A DNA stretch of 64,000 nucleotides from Neodothiora populina (taxonomy: Eukaryota): the NCBI RefSeq assembly GCF_041146345.1, contig NW_027191404.1:806001-870000 (forward strand), written 5' to 3'. The notes beneath the pieces are model-generated. The model was not told the DNA's origin and made no database searches. It worked only from the letters and a program-made list of their open reading frames with translations. Position numbers and translations under genes: made by a program. Positions 47,569-61,023 of this stretch are shown piece by piece. How positions within the stretch are numbered: position 1 is the first letter of the stretch; each line of letters starts with the position of its first letter.

Positions 47569-50500
47569 GTGTATACTTGGACCAGTTTTCTTCATAACGT
47601 GGGCCATGCCATCGTGCGCAATACGACGCTCCCAAGGTGGACAATCGCACCACCTCGCCGTTCAGCATCAATTCCACCCGCGGCTGTGAAGACAATCTCT
47701 CAGCTTCGGGGTCACGACCCCGGTGCTCTTGTCATGCTTCAAGCGAGCGTGCACAACAGGTGCGAACCTGGAGATCAAGTCAAGACCCAAAGACGCGTCC
47801 GTTGTATCAAACAAGCTTGATCAAGGATAGCCCTTCTCCAACCAGCCATAAACGATATTCGCGACTTCGCCTTCTCTACACCCTAAGGGATCTTGGGTAA
47901 TTTTGTATATAGTCATTGTAAGAGCCTGGATGGTGGTGGTGGTATACGTCAAAACACATGTCGTTCACAAAGAGACAATCACGAGACTTGCAAGCTGCTG
48001 CAAGCTCATCATGGGAAATAACAGGACGTGCTTCGACCCAGCTAGGGCGACGCACTGGCGAATGGACGGTAAATTAGGCGCATTGTGGAGGGTCATGGGC
48101 AAGGGAAAACGGGCAAGATTTGAGGAGAATCTTTTTTTCTCCATCCTAGAAAGTCATGGGCACAGGCTAAAGCCATAGGAATTGGCAGGGTGGAAAAGGG
48201 ACAGGGAAATGTACGACGGAGTTCACTCCGCAGGTATAATATAACATTATATGTGAGATTAACTCGCGCCGCAACTTTTGATATGTTTTTCTATCAATTA
48301 CTTTCATGCTAGGTCTCATCAATGACATTACTTACCATGTCCTGATACTGTGAGACTTCTTTCCTCACTGAGTCCTCTACTCGCTGTCATATCAGTCATC
48401 ATAAATGCCAACCACGCCTCGCCTCGCCTCCTATCAACCAGATCCAAAGCATGATCTTCGCACCTTTTCTTCGAGCGAAGCAGATCTCTCTGTCCCTCCT
48501 TCTCGAAAGGGACGTTAGCTCCTAGTTCGGCAGCGTTATCTTCTATCAGCATCCGAGGCGCGCAACAGATTCCGACTACCCATCTTGCAGGAAAGCTAAG
48601 GCGAGGTACTGCAGGGAGATACCACATCCGATCAGGAAGGCCTGTGATACCGAGGAAAGATCAATCCTGGTTGACTACTGACTATTGCAAAACTGCGTAT
48701 CCATCTCTCTTGCGTCATGAGTCTCAACGAACTCAATTCGCTTTTCGACAGTGGTACGCTTTTTTTCGATTATTGCATAAGAGAGAAGATACATCGCCTG
48801 TTCCTAAGGTCACGCTTACCAATAGCACTCGTAGAGGTGGAAACACGTATGGGCTACCAATCAGAATATCCTCCTACCACGGCCATGGCTATCTTCTGTC
48901 ATACTTTGCGATATCGCATGATCCTGCGAACCGATTCGGGCTTCAATTGATGTTTCCTGGCTCGTTGGACGACTGCATCATGAGTTTCTCGGTGAAAGAA
49001 CGGGAACCTACCGCTGGAGCGCAAAAGTTGACATCTTGTTCGTTTGGACTGGCCTCAAGTCCACGTGGCTATGGAATCACGTCAGGCACATAACGGCGTA
49101 TGGAATTAACTGAGTAATGCTATACCGTTTTATCTTCATCAAGCTATTCTGTGTGGAAACGCATCGTTCTTACGATATGGTTTCTGCCCTGTTTCTGTTT
49201 TCCTGTTTCAAAGCTCGCCCGTTGTCGTCAGTTGGTTCGAACGGTGAACACGGCAGGGCAGAGAACAGCCTGGTTCTAGCTTGATGTTTACTCAAACTGT
49301 CTGGCGGGCACCTTGATGGACGGCTTCTTACTACAATCACCTAGCTATGGACTTTTATTCTCTCTGCTCGGCTGTGGTTTTTAAATCATGTTACTGACTC
49401 GGATTGGATCTGGTACTGAGTAAAGCAACATTCCCGATCGCCTTTTAACTCATAATGATCTGAACTCTACTTGTTGCTTAAACGTCTTTCTCGCCTACAT
49501 CTGCTTTCAGAATGAATAAACAAGTGAATGAATGCGAGCGAAGGCCAGAACAACGGTACGTACATGTAAGGAACATTAGACGACAGCGACCAGACCACTT
49601 GCACGTAGCGACATAGCCCTATAGCTGGATGAAATTCGCGACACGGGATAAAGAATCAGTACGGTACAGTGGTTTAGCGAGCCGTCACTTGCGGTGAGAG
49701 ATAGACCGAGAGGGCGAGAGAGACCACAGAGATGCGTACGTATTGTGGAGATATATCACTGCTGCAGTCTGCCTTTGTATCTAACTCACTACTTACTAAT
49801 TATTTCACCGGCTTTCCTGGTTTTTCTTTGGACATTATCGATACTACTGTACGATATACGACTTTCGCGAAAGAGAAAAAGTGGTTTCAAGCGGGCTGGT
49901 TAATTAGCTGGCGTTTTCGTCGTCCTGTTTGTTTTCGTTTCCTGACCCGTCAGTCTGGTTCGACGCTTGGCCTCCGATATTTCTGTTTATCTGTTTGTAC
50001 TGTACTTGTAAGGACGCGAAGAGTGTCCCCACGGAGGCATTCGAGTAGGAGTGCCGCATTGGTTTGCCCTTTCTTGCTCCTCTTCTTCTTCTTCCTTGCT
50101 CCTGGTTCAGTCCCGAATCGTCGGGCTCTTGGTTTCAATCATTTCTTTGCTTTTTCTTCGCAATTAGATTCCTGTTTCGAGGAGATACAAGTATACTTGT
50201 TACTATGGCTTGAAAGGTAACCAGTGCCTATCTACCTAATCTACCTTATGGGACATCTAGCGAGAGACGACTGCGGAGGTTCAGGTAGGAAGGAAGGCCG
50301 TGATGAGAATAGGCCCTTTTTGACGATGAAATAAGAAGAGTCAGTCGATGTGCTTTGGCTTTCTCAACATGCGCGTTTCTTGTTCTAGCCTGGTGAATGG
50401 TCTTCTCTCTCTTGTTCGTTCTTCATGTCGGACTCACCGTTGATAAGTGGATTCGTGGAAGAGTGGTTTCTTAGGTGTCGCTGGGTCAGACTTGTTTATA

Positions 50501-50610
50501 TGTGCATGTATTGCAGGGTCAGGATTCGCAGAGATATATCATGACTGGTGTTTACGTTGTGTATGCGACATGTCATTTCATATTCGTATTCACTTCATTA
50601 TATCCGAATA

Positions 50611-53400
50611 TCACACCCAGACATTCACGACACCATTCCCGCTGCTGACAGCCCTGACTCGCGATCCACTCTCCAATGGATTTCCCTCATATACGACGAA
50701 TTCATCCTTGGACTTCTCCTGCAGCCCAAGCATGTCATAGATGTTAGCTCCAACGAGGTCCAATGCCTCAGACTCGGTCAGCCTTCCTCCACTGTTCTTG
50801 TAAGCGATGCCTGCCGCCAGCCTCAAATCACGCGTTTCCCACGTTTCGTCAACGCCAATTGCGACAGAAACTCCTGCATCGAGGAGGTGGTCGATTGCTG
50901 TACCGTTCGTGAGTGGTGCGCCGGTCAATGAGCGTCTTTGATCCCATGTCTGCGAGTATGCAAGTAGAGGTGCCAGGACGACGGAAATGTTGGCTTCGGC
51001 AAGCTCGGTGGCCACGATGTGAGACTCTGCGCCTCCGAGGACGACGAATGTCGGTGAGCCACCGGCGGTCTCCACCTCTTTCCTCAATTGAATGATAGTG
51101 GTGATAGTGTCGGCGCTATGGACACTGAGAACGAGGGGTAACTTCCCTGCCACCACTTTCTTCAGGTAGGCTTTTTCGGAAAAGGTATCTTTGATGGTTT
51201 CGTTGGACGAGATTGCTTCGAGAAGACCGCGACGAAGAGAGCCTATAGCGCTCGATATAGAAGGTGTCTTGTCGTTCTTGGCTCCAAGCGTCAAGTCGTA
51301 GTGAACAGAGATTTCGTCAGCGTAGACTGCACCCTTTTCCAACGAGTGCTTTGCTCCAGTCTTGAAGCCGGTGCTCACTCCACGATCACCTTGAGGTGGT
51401 GATATGGCTTTCACGACACCGTGGGAATATGCAGCTGCCAGTTGCTTGCTGTCGAACAGCAGTCCATCCACCGCGCGAGCCCAGACAGAATCAGAGACGA
51501 ACCCATCTTGCGTGTCGCCTTCGGCAGCGATCTCTTCTAAGCCAAGAGCCGAGCCAAAAGCAGTGATGGGGGGTGCGAGGTAGCCGTTTTGCAAGTCAAT
51601 GACTTCGGCGTTACTGGCCATAGCGTTCTTGAACTCTGTCTTACAGGTACCTACACAAACAACGTGACCATCAGAGATGACTACTGTATATCCTTCGCTC
51701 GCATGTTGATCGGTAGCAAGCATGTGTAACTTCGTGATACCAGTGAAGATCACATTCTTCCTGCTGACCATCTTATCTTTTGTGTCTGCCAATGCAGTAT
51801 CGGGCTCGATTGGTGAAGTAAAAGGCTTCTTGAGCAATACAGGCTCCTCGAACTGTGGTGCTCCATCAATCCAGACCTGAGCAGGAGCGGCTCCAACACT
51901 GAGTGGGTCAGAGTCCCAAACGACAATATCAGCATCGAATCCAGGCTTGATCTTTCCAATTCTCTCGCCAAGTCCGAGGAGTTCTGCAGGTGCAGAAGTA
52001 ACGCCGGCAAGAGCAGCGTGGTAAGGCAGACCGTTCATGTAAGCCTTTGCAGCCTCGAATTTGACGTGCTGTGCGTTGAGGACAGGGTTATCGCTGACGT
52101 AGACGGGGGTGAGGCCATTTTCATACAAGACTTTTCCAGCTTGTTCAGATGCGGTGTATGCTTCGACTTTGTAGTACATGTTGTCAGCGAAAAGTGCAGC
52201 AGCTGGAGCACCTCCCCATGCTCGCTTGAGTATCTCAGGGACGAGATAGGTTTGATGAGCATGATGGAATGCGCGAACTCTGAATTTGAACCCGTTGGTG
52301 TGGTCGACGAAAGCTTCCAGATCAGGTATGGTGTAGCAATGAGTGTTGATGCGAACTTGTCCACGTAGAGCTGCTCCAAGGGTCTCCCACTTGAGCTCTT
52401 GTGGGAGATAGGTATTCATGTTCTCAGCTCCGATGCTGTCAGCAGCATTGCACCAGTCATCTTGGGCTTTGATGACAGCACTGGCTTGCTCGAAGGCATG
52501 ACGAAACTCCCACGACTCTCCCATGCGACTGAAAGGTCCTTGTTCGCCGACTCTACCGTAGACGCGCTTGGGATTCTCGCCACATGCCATTTTCATGTAG
52601 CGCCAGTTCTTGTCAGGGTCAGCAAGCATGTCTGCTGCACTAAGCTCCTCACGGCCGCTTCCCTTGCCAACGGCGAATTTGACAACGAAGGCTTCACCAC
52701 CAATGTTGTTTCCGCTGCCCGGTAGAAGCAAGCTAGTGGTTACGCCACCACTCTTGATCCACTGGATCTCAGGATGGAGAGGATCCAGGGAGTCGATTGA
52801 ACGTACGTATGGGGTGATGTCGGAAGAGAGCTCATTCTCGTCTCCTTGTAAATTCGCAAGACTACCAAGACCAGCATGGCTGTGCATATCGACGATGCCT
52901 GAGGTCAATTGACGACCAGCAGCATCATACACCACTGTTCCCTCTGGTAGACTTGCAAGCGATATGTCGTGCTCCAATTGCTGAATGATACCTTTATCGA
53001 CGAAGACATCGGAGGCGATCCATGAGTAGCCATGACCATGACGCGCATCCTCTTCGCTGGTTCCGGTTGCGGGCTCTCCAGTCCAGACGGTAGCATTACG
53101 AATCAGTAAGGGTTTTGTTCCATTCATCCAGCGCTGATTGGTCTCTCGCGGTCCGCTGGGGTCCTGGGGAGTACGTCTCAAAGCAGAGCACACTGCGTAA
53201 TCTTGCTGGAGCCGATCGACGGATAGCAACGAGGCTGGCTTTTCAGTGTTGGAAGCGATCTTGAACGCAGTCACGCCGAAATAGGTCAAGCAAGCTGCAG
53301 CTACGACACGGAAGACACGGCGTCTTCTTGGTTTGTTCTGCCATGGACGCACGACCTCGGAGTACTGAGGCAGAGCTCCGTACTCGTCGGCCTTTTCCAT
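50611..53400 (-). CDS. Membrane-anchored tandem amidohydrolase (metal-dependent hydrolase composite), single exon
   Basis: RRRR followed by a hydrophobic anchor; DMHSH, KMACGENPK, HCY, HHAH, SDNP, GKIKPGFDADIVVWD; second degenerate domain follows. Confidence 0.88.
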   Translation of the reverse strand: MEKADEYGALPQYSEVVRPWQNKPRRRRVFRVVAAACLTYFGVTAFKIASNTEKPASLLSVDRLQQDYAVCSALRRTPQDPSGPRETNQRWMNGTKPLLIRNATVWTGEPATGTSEEDARHGHGYSWIASDVFVDKGIIQQLEHDISLASLPEGTVVYDAAGRQLTSGIVDMHSHAGLGSLANLQGDENELSSDITPYVRSIDSLDPLHPEIQWIKSGGVTTSLLLPGSGNNIGGEAFVVKFAVGKGSGREELSAADMLADPDKNWRYMKMACGENPKRVYGRVGEQGPFSRMGESWEFRHAFEQASAVIKAQDDWCNAADSIGAENMNTYLPQELKWETLGAALRGQVRINTHCYTIPDLEAFVDHTNGFKFRVRAFHHAHQTYLVPEILKRAWGGAPAAALFADNMYYKVEAYTASEQAGKVLYENGLTPVYVSDNPVLNAQHVKFEAAKAYMNGLPYHAALAGVTSAPAELLGLGERIGKIKPGFDADIVVWDSDPLSVGAAPAQVWIDGAPQFEEPVLLKKPFTSPIEPDTALADTKDKMVSRKNVIFTGITKLHMLATDQHASEGYTVVISDGHVVCVGTCKTEFKNAMASNAEVIDLQNGYLAPPITAFGSALGLEEIAAEGDTQDGFVSDSVWARAVDGLLFDSKQLAAAYSHGVVKAISPPQGDRGVSTGFKTGAKHSLEKGAVYADEISVHYDLTLGAKNDKTPSISSAIGSLRRGLLEAISSNETIKDTFSEKAYLKKVVAGKLPLVLSVHSADTITTIIQLRKEVETAGGSPTFVVLGGAESHIVATELAEANISVVLAPLLAYSQTWDQRRSLTGAPLTNGTAIDHLLDAGVSVAIGVDETWETRDLRLAAGIAYKNSGGRLTESEALDLVGANIYDMLGLQEKSKDEFVVYEGNPLESGSRVRAVSSGNGVVNVWV

Positions 53401-54289
53401 GATTGGGGCAGGAGCTGCTCGATGATATCTCTCTGTGCTTTTACACACCAGCACTTTGCCTCGAATCCGCCTCTCTGGTTTGTCGACGCAATATGATTGG
53501 GATCAAGATGATTAAGACGTCGAGTCAGCAGTGATGCGATAGCTATACATCGGCGGAGATACGTGACAATAACTCCGATGAAGCATCTTGACGACCTTCC
53601 TGATAGAGGTGGTCTTCTCCACATGCGATGGACTGTGCCTGAGCGATAAGAAGACAACGAGGGTAGATCTACGCGTTAGAATAGCAACGATGGTCACATG
53701 GTGCACCGCTTTGAGGTGACGGAAGGCGCAGAGCATCATAGTAAGGTACTCGGCACAACAGTAGTCCGAGACTCGCTCGACGTCAGTTATGAGGGCGACC
53801 CTGTCCTCTGGCATACACTACAGGGCCAAGCTTCTCCTCGTTCGATAATGACTATATGGTACATTCAAGCAAAAAGTAGACTTGTCATTACAGTTGATGT
53901 CCGACGGCTCTGTACCGAGCGTGTTTGTACTTCTATAACCAGTGACATGACATGGTTTTCTATGTTGCTGGCTCAACGGCGAGGGTGACTTGCTGGCGCC
54001 TCAGGCTGCAGGCGTTTCCGCGATAGTGCATGATTCGTCTAGGAAATGAACGATCACTTAGATACAGTCACATATCCAGTGCCAATCTTGCTCTCATTAC
54101 GTTATTGCTATGGTTGGTGACCATTTGATACCAGAAGAATGCAAACAAAGGCAAACACAAACCAGAAAAGTAGCGCCGAAAAGGAAGGTCCGGGGTAAAA
54201 AGTTCAAGGGCAAATAATGCGAAATCTCATCAATCAATTACAAACACCATCCACTCTTTTTCGAGCCTAGAGAGGAAGACTATCACACA

Positions 54290-55423
54290 ATGGCAGCAGC
54301 AGGAATGACAGTGGCGGAAGCGCTCCCTGCGCTTACACAGTCCTTGACTTCAGCACTTTCCGGACTGCCCAGCGAAGAGTCGATTCTACCGCCGTCCAAC
54401 GGCATCACCCTGCTCGATGCAAAGAATGAATTATTCCTCTCCTATCTGCAGACGCTCGCCCTACGCAACCTTGCAGTTATTCGCAGTGTCGGAAAGCATA
54501 TCAAGGGCAAGTCCTCGGCCGATGTGACGTCCAGCGTGCTCGACCAGGACCTCGACGATCAAATGGTCAAAGATCTCGTCAAGCACAGAGTGTACCTCGA
54601 GAAGGGTGTCCGTCCATTGGAAGACAGACTCAAATATCAAATTGACAAGGTCGTCCGTGCCGCCGACGACGAAACACGCCACGAGCAGCAAAAATCTGCA
54701 TCGACCACAGAATCCAGCAAGAAGATCACCAGCAAGGCCGCCACCACCGATGCATCTGGGTCGGAGGACGACGATGACGACGAGGACGACAACGAAGACT
54801 CGGAAATCGACGAGCTATCCTACCGTCCCAACGCCGCCGCCTTCACAAAAGCACCCACGGCAAACGGCGCGGCGCCCACTACCAGCGCCCGCGAGCAGGC
54901 GATGCAAGAAGACGGCATCTACAGACCGCCACGCATCACGGCAACCGTCATGCCGACGACGGAGCGCAAGGAAGCAAAAGACAAGCGTCCCATGCGCAGT
55001 GCCGCCATCGACGAGTACGTCGCCGACGAGCTCAGCACTGCTCCTTCCGCCCAGCCGTCCATCGGTAGCACCATTGTCGCCGGAGGTCGCAGGGACAAGA
55101 GCGCCAGAGAGCGAAAAGAGGAGGAGGAGAGACGCGAATATGAAGAGTCCAACCTCGTGCGTCTGCCCAAGGAGAGCAAAAAGGACAGGGCCAAGAAGGC
55201 ACACAAGGAGAGAAGTGCATATGGCGGAGAAGACTGGAGGAGTCTCGGCGACGGTCTCGACAGGATCGAGAGACTCACCAAAAAGAAGTCTGGCTCAGGA
55301 GGTGCGCTCGAGAGAAGCAGAAAGCGAAAGAACGAAGATGGCCAGAGAGACGATGGTGCTGGTGGCGCCGACATGGGCAGAGACTTCGAGAGGAGAAAGA
55401 AGAGGACCATGCGTGGAAGGTAG
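54290..55423 (+). CDS. LCP5: Lcp5/neuroguidin (Sas10/Utp3/C1D family) SSU processome factor
   Basis: GITLLDAKNELFLSYL, RVYLEKGVRPLEDRLKYQIDKVVR, YRPN, GIYRPPRI, YEESNLVRL. Confidence 0.9.
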   Translation: MAAAGMTVAEALPALTQSLTSALSGLPSEESILPPSNGITLLDAKNELFLSYLQTLALRNLAVIRSVGKHIKGKSSADVTSSVLDQDLDDQMVKDLVKHRVYLEKGVRPLEDRLKYQIDKVVRAADDETRHEQQKSASTTESSKKITSKAATTDASGSEDDDDDEDDNEDSEIDELSYRPNAAAFTKAPTANGAAPTTSAREQAMQEDGIYRPPRITATVMPTTERKEAKDKRPMRSAAIDEYVADELSTAPSAQPSIGSTIVAGGRRDKSARERKEEEERREYEESNLVRLPKESKKDRAKKAHKERSAYGGEDWRSLGDGLDRIERLTKKKSGSGGALERSRKRKNEDGQRDDGAGGADMGRDFERRKKRTMRGR

Positions 55424-55734
55424 TTTTGTTGTCAATCATCATTGGACTCTTTTACCTTGTCGCATTCGCTTTTCATACATACCTTGGTTCATACTATCCG
55501 TGACATGACACGCGTCATACACTGGGTTATGCAAGGATACAATGGATTACACAGCATGAAGCAGGCCATATTCCTGACGCTCTGCTGTACTTTCTTCCAT
55601 TCCGGGCAGCTCATGTGCGCCGCTACCTTCATAGCAAGACGAGATGGGTTTGCCCTCTATATGCACTATGTCCCATTCGCGTCTATTTGTTTTCGCAAGA
55701 TCTAATCAACAAGTGACAAAGCCCGTACCCATCC

Positions 55735-56463
55735 TCATGACTGACTGCCGACATTGTCATGGGAATGCCTCTCCGCCTCTTCACGCGCGGCCTTGAGATT
55801 GAGCCACGATAGATATGTCTGCCAGCACACGGCAACAGCTCCCGAAAACGCAACGCGATATACCGGAGCAATGAAAGTGAACGCGATGGCAGTCGACAGC
55901 GGCCACACCTTCCAGGCGTTGACCCAACTAGTGGGCACCGTATCCACGATTCGCTCCTTCGCCTGCTCTATCGTCGAGCCGGACAGGAGACTGTGCATGC
56001 CAAAGAAGTAGACGTTGAAGCTCGGCGTCATGACGAACTGGTTCACCAGGATCTTGACCATGATGGACAGGGAATGCGACGCGTAGTTGAAGTGCTTGCC
56101 GAGGAAGACGAACCACTGATAGTTGGGTATGGCAAAGAGTGATCCGACCGTGATGGCGCGGAGCCCGCGGCCCGTGTCGTAGTCGAAGCCGTCTTCTTTG
56201 TCTGCGGAAAGGACCTGCGCGGAGAAGTCGCCCAGGAAGAAAATCAGCGTCGTCGTCGATATTTGAGTCATATATGGAGATCGACTCTGCATGCGCCCAT
56301 AGGCGTGGAAAGGTGCTTTCAGCGGCTGCACCCAAGTGGACCCTGCGCCTGGAATCGTGTCTATCATTTCCTGCGCATGCGGACTCTTGGGGTCACGTTT
56401 CGTGCTGCTGTGCCGACAGAACTGGCGAAATGCCGTCCGTACGCGGAAGGCTGGGAATGGCAT
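55735..56463 (-). CDS. Mpv17/PMP22-family membrane protein with presequence-like N-terminus
   Basis: LGDFSAQ, KILVNQFVMTP, WKVWP, WQTYLSWLN; Arg-rich N-terminus. Confidence 0.9.
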   Translation of the reverse strand: MPFPAFRVRTAFRQFCRHSSTKRDPKSPHAQEMIDTIPGAGSTWVQPLKAPFHAYGRMQSRSPYMTQISTTTLIFFLGDFSAQVLSADKEDGFDYDTGRGLRAITVGSLFAIPNYQWFVFLGKHFNYASHSLSIMVKILVNQFVMTPSFNVYFFGMHSLLSGSTIEQAKERIVDTVPTSWVNAWKVWPLSTAIAFTFIAPVYRVAFSGAVAVCWQTYLSWLNLKAAREEAERHSHDNVGSQS

Positions 56464-57857
56464 GGTCCCGGGCTCTTTCGTTTAATCTTTCCGCTGCGTC
56501 CAAGGGTGGTAGGCGTCCTGGTCCGGGTATGGGTATGGGTATGAGTGTGTCGTTGCTGCTGACAAGAGAGCGCTACAAGTCTGCAACTATATCAGCCGTT
56601 GTTTGTTCTGACTGCCTGTATCCATCTCTTGTAGCGATACATGGTTCACGTCGATTTGAACTCACTATGTGAGTCTGGTAGAAAATGCAAATGAGTAAGT
56701 CTGTAAAGTTCAATAGATGCCGGCTCGAAGTCCGGACGGCTGGCCGAACCTCGGCGATCAACCATTCATGAAATATAATTGTATACAATACCTGCGCTTT
56801 TCGGAAGTGTACCTACTGTGCAAATGTATCGGTGTGACATTTGACAATGACGAGAGAGCATATACACGGCCACGACCTTGTCTTCGATTTCCCTTGACAT
56901 CTCTGTAATACTTGTAGTTGGAGATGGGCCGCCTCCACATGCTCAAGTTGGCTGTGCAGCCTCGTCTACAACAACCGTTTTTCTATAACAAAATAGTCTG
57001 CTTGCTGAGATCCGAAGTCTAGTGAGTGTCCCTGGTCAATCAATATTGCTGTGGTCATATTGCGTGACCAAAGGTCCATGTGACCATATCTGCGTAAGTT
57101 CGACTGATGTTCCGTGAAAGTTGGTCTCAGCCACACCTGATGAGATGGCAGCAGGACCGGCAGCAGGCGGCAAGACCCAATACCCATCAATTTGCATAGA
57201 TCTTATTGGACATCTACGTTCGAGTGGCAAATGATATGTCGTTGAATGCAGTGATAGAGAGATAATTAATACTTGGGGTAGATCAGTCTACTCGGCTTGT
57301 GATCGATCATCGTGCTCCTTCCATGTTCGACTGATCCTCGCTCAGCATCAGGCGTACCTTAGGCAGCAGACTTGAAGCATTTTCCAGCAACATGACCATA
57401 CATATTCCTTGAGGAAGCCTAGATATCATGAGAGGAATGGACACATTCGAAGCTATGCTTAGCTTTCCGCGTCAAGGATGTTGCGTAGACGTTTGTCTAT
57501 TGCATAAACTGATCCTGTACTAGAACTCGACGTCTTCCAAGATCTGTATTGATGATGAAGTCACGCGTGAATGGCAAAGGTAGAAGAGAGTATGTAGTTG
57601 AATAATTGTAATTGAAGAGCCCGGGCCCAGGCTTCTCAGTTCATTGTTTGCATTATGCTATTCTAAGCATGTTTGATATCATTGGTGCAGAACCTATAGG
57701 TCACCATCAAAGAAAACCCCATAATCATTCCATGAAAACCCATTCCGTGACTCCGAGAACCATCCTATCGACCATAATCCTACCACGACCACATTTCATG
57801 TCATTCCTTGGAACGCTTCCATGTGTCGTTCAAACCCCAAGCTTGAAGATATGTTGC

Positions 57858-58490
<633 letters not shown>

Positions 58491-59065
58491 GTCTGAGTAT
58501 TTGATTTAATGTATGGAGATGAAGGTTTGTATTGTTGTTGATAGAATAGATGGTTGTGTTGAGAGAAGTCGCTGTGAGATGTGATGAAAAAGGAAAGGGC
58601 AGATACAGCGGGGGGACAAGAAGATTTATAGCCCAAGTTGCCTGACTGATGCGCGTCTGAAATCACTCCTCCCCAGGATCAGGGCTTGTTCCTTGTCAAT
58701 TAGACAGCTCGGAAAGCAGCAACTTCAAACTGTGCTTTCATCGTCCAGAATTGGCTGAGGAACGTCAAAGTTGCAACGCGAGGTTGGTGGTCAGTGCGGA
58801 CTTTGTCTGTGATCCTATGCGTTAATTGGTCACACAAGCGAATCACAAGTGAAGCTCGACTGATGGGGCTTAGCGCAGCCTTCGACGCCCGTCCAGAAGC
58901 GTGTGATCTGATCCGTGGAGTCACGACGCGTCAAAGGATAAACATCTCCTGCTCCGCACTCCATCTCGACTCCATTATCATCACACACCCAGCGACTTCA
59001 AACACTACTGTCTATTCCGACTCTCCAACAAATCTTCAAATTACTTCAACACTACCTCCATCAAA
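58491..59065. promoter_or_regulatory. Bidirectional H3/H4 promoter
   Basis: Divergent histone pair; ACGCGT at 58926 and two ATTGG (CCAAT) boxes at ~58750 and ~58825. Confidence 0.7.
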
Positions 59066-59487
<422 letters not shown>

Positions 59488-60204
59488 GCGTTTTCTTTTC
59501 TTCGCAATTTCTTTTCATGGGTTTCACGATTAGGCCAAGCCACAATCATTAAAGGTGGTCGGTCATGGTTCATCAATGGGTCTGGGTTGGGACAGTATTC
59601 TGACTGCAATGGGAGCAAATGCCGATGTATCATATTGGCAGGGGAGTTCAAGGGCAAATGCAATGCAATGCAATGATACCACATTAATTTTCAACAACTT
59701 GTGCCAAATCCTTTGCTCGTGAGTCTTGTGTATAGCATCTTCCATGTGGCTACATTGCTCTGTTCGTGTATTGTATGGATCTCCCACGCGTCGAGTTCTC
59801 CTTCTCATCCAGTGGTTGGACCTTGAGCATGCGCGCTGATGACGTACATCCCCCGAAGCACACTGATAAGGCATTCATCACCGTCGGCATGTGTTCTCTC
59901 TGATTAGGTAGTGGTGTTTTGCCACCTAAAGGCTGTATGACTCACCGCGAGCTGACATGAAAGGGCGGGTACCTTACTATAGAACACACAGTCACGGCTG
60001 TTTGGTTTGCTCCATACTGGCCGGACTATCGGAGTACGTTTGTCGAGTCATTCAGCCGCGGCTTCTTCGAGGCAGAAACTCAGCCCGTGCATCAGCCCTC
60101 TGCAGATTTGTGATCCATGCATACCTTACCTCGACTACTGTCAAATCGTCAAACATAACTACGTTACTTTACTTGCTATTAATTTCTTGATTCAAGCCCT
60201 TGTC

Positions 60205-61023
60205 ATGGTGTTCCCAACTAGTACTCATGCTTTGCTCTTTGACGTTTTTGGCACCTGTGTAGATTGGCGTAAGACGGTCACCTTTGCGCTAGCTAACGCA
60301 AGCTTGGCATCCCTCAAGGATGACAGTGCAGCAATGGACAAGTCTTGTTATACCAAGGCACGACATATGAGTCTGGATGATTGGGGTCAATTTGCACAGG
60401 AGTGGCGAAATACGTACTATTCCTTCACCCGATCGGTAGCTTCTAACTCTAGCCTACGATGGAAGACGGTGGATGACCATCACCTTGAGTCACTTCAAGA
60501 AGTACTGCTTTCACATGGTCTCCAGGTTGATGGTAACGGACGAGGTCTTTGGACAGATGAACAGATCAAGGACATGTCATATGTCTGGCATAGACTCGAT
60601 CCATGGTCCGATACTGTATCTGGCCTTGCAGCACTGAATACTAAGTTCCAGACGTGCACACTTTCGAATGGAAATATGTCGCTATTGAAAGATATGCAGG
60701 AGCATGGGCATATGCCCTTCACGCACACCTTCTCTTCTGAGTTATTCAACTCGTACAAACCGAATCCCGCAATCTATCTGGGTGCGGCAAAGAGGCTCGG
60801 TATAGACCCTGGAGAGTGTGCCATGGTCGCTGCGCATCTAGGTGACCTTCAGGCTGCCAAGAATTGTGGGTACCACACCATCTATGTTGAGAGGGATCAG
60901 GAGGAGGAGCCAGGCATGGTTCAGGTTGCACGAGAGCAGGGGTTTGTGGATCTTTGGATCGGTATTGAAGCCGATGGGTTCAGGGCCGTGGCGCGTGAAT
61001 TAGGCTGCGTTCTGGATGATTGA
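60205..61023 (+). CDS. Haloacid dehalogenase type II-like HAD hydrolase
   Basis: FDVFGTCVDW, WHRLDPWSD, TLSNGN, YKPNPAIY, MVAAHLGDLQAAK. Confidence 0.9.
   Translation: MVFPTSTHALLFDVFGTCVDWRKTVTFALANASLASLKDDSAAMDKSCYTKARHMSLDDWGQFAQEWRNTYYSFTRSVASNSSLRWKTVDDHHLESLQEVLLSHGLQVDGNGRGLWTDEQIKDMSYVWHRLDPWSDTVSGLAALNTKFQTCTLSNGNMSLLKDMQEHGHMPFTHTFSSELFNSYKPNPAIYLGAAKRLGIDPGECAMVAAHLGDLQAAKNCGYHTIYVERDQEEEPGMVQVAREQGFVDLWIGIEADGFRAVARELGCVLDD

Noticed and set aside
49438..49452. U5 snRNA loop-like GCCTTTTA
   Set aside because: Continues AAC rather than the conserved loop sequence; no flanking stem or Sm site.
49780..49890. Telomerase RNA (U-rich/A-rich pseudoknot-like pairing)
   Set aside because: I found no TAACCCTAA-type template on either strand nearby.
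49945..49980. tRNA suggested by GGTTCGA (also at 49234 and TTCGAATCC at 59285)
   Set aside because: No T-stem or cloverleaf pairing around the motif.
54606..55508. 300-aa alternative-frame ORF over LCP5
   Set aside because: R/P/T-rich low-complexity by-product of GC-rich codons; no ATG start and no motifs.
56525..56542. (GGGTAT)3, and (AATGC)n at ~59657, as telomeric or CRISPR-like repeats
   Set aside because: Short simple repeats with no spacers; not TTAGGG.
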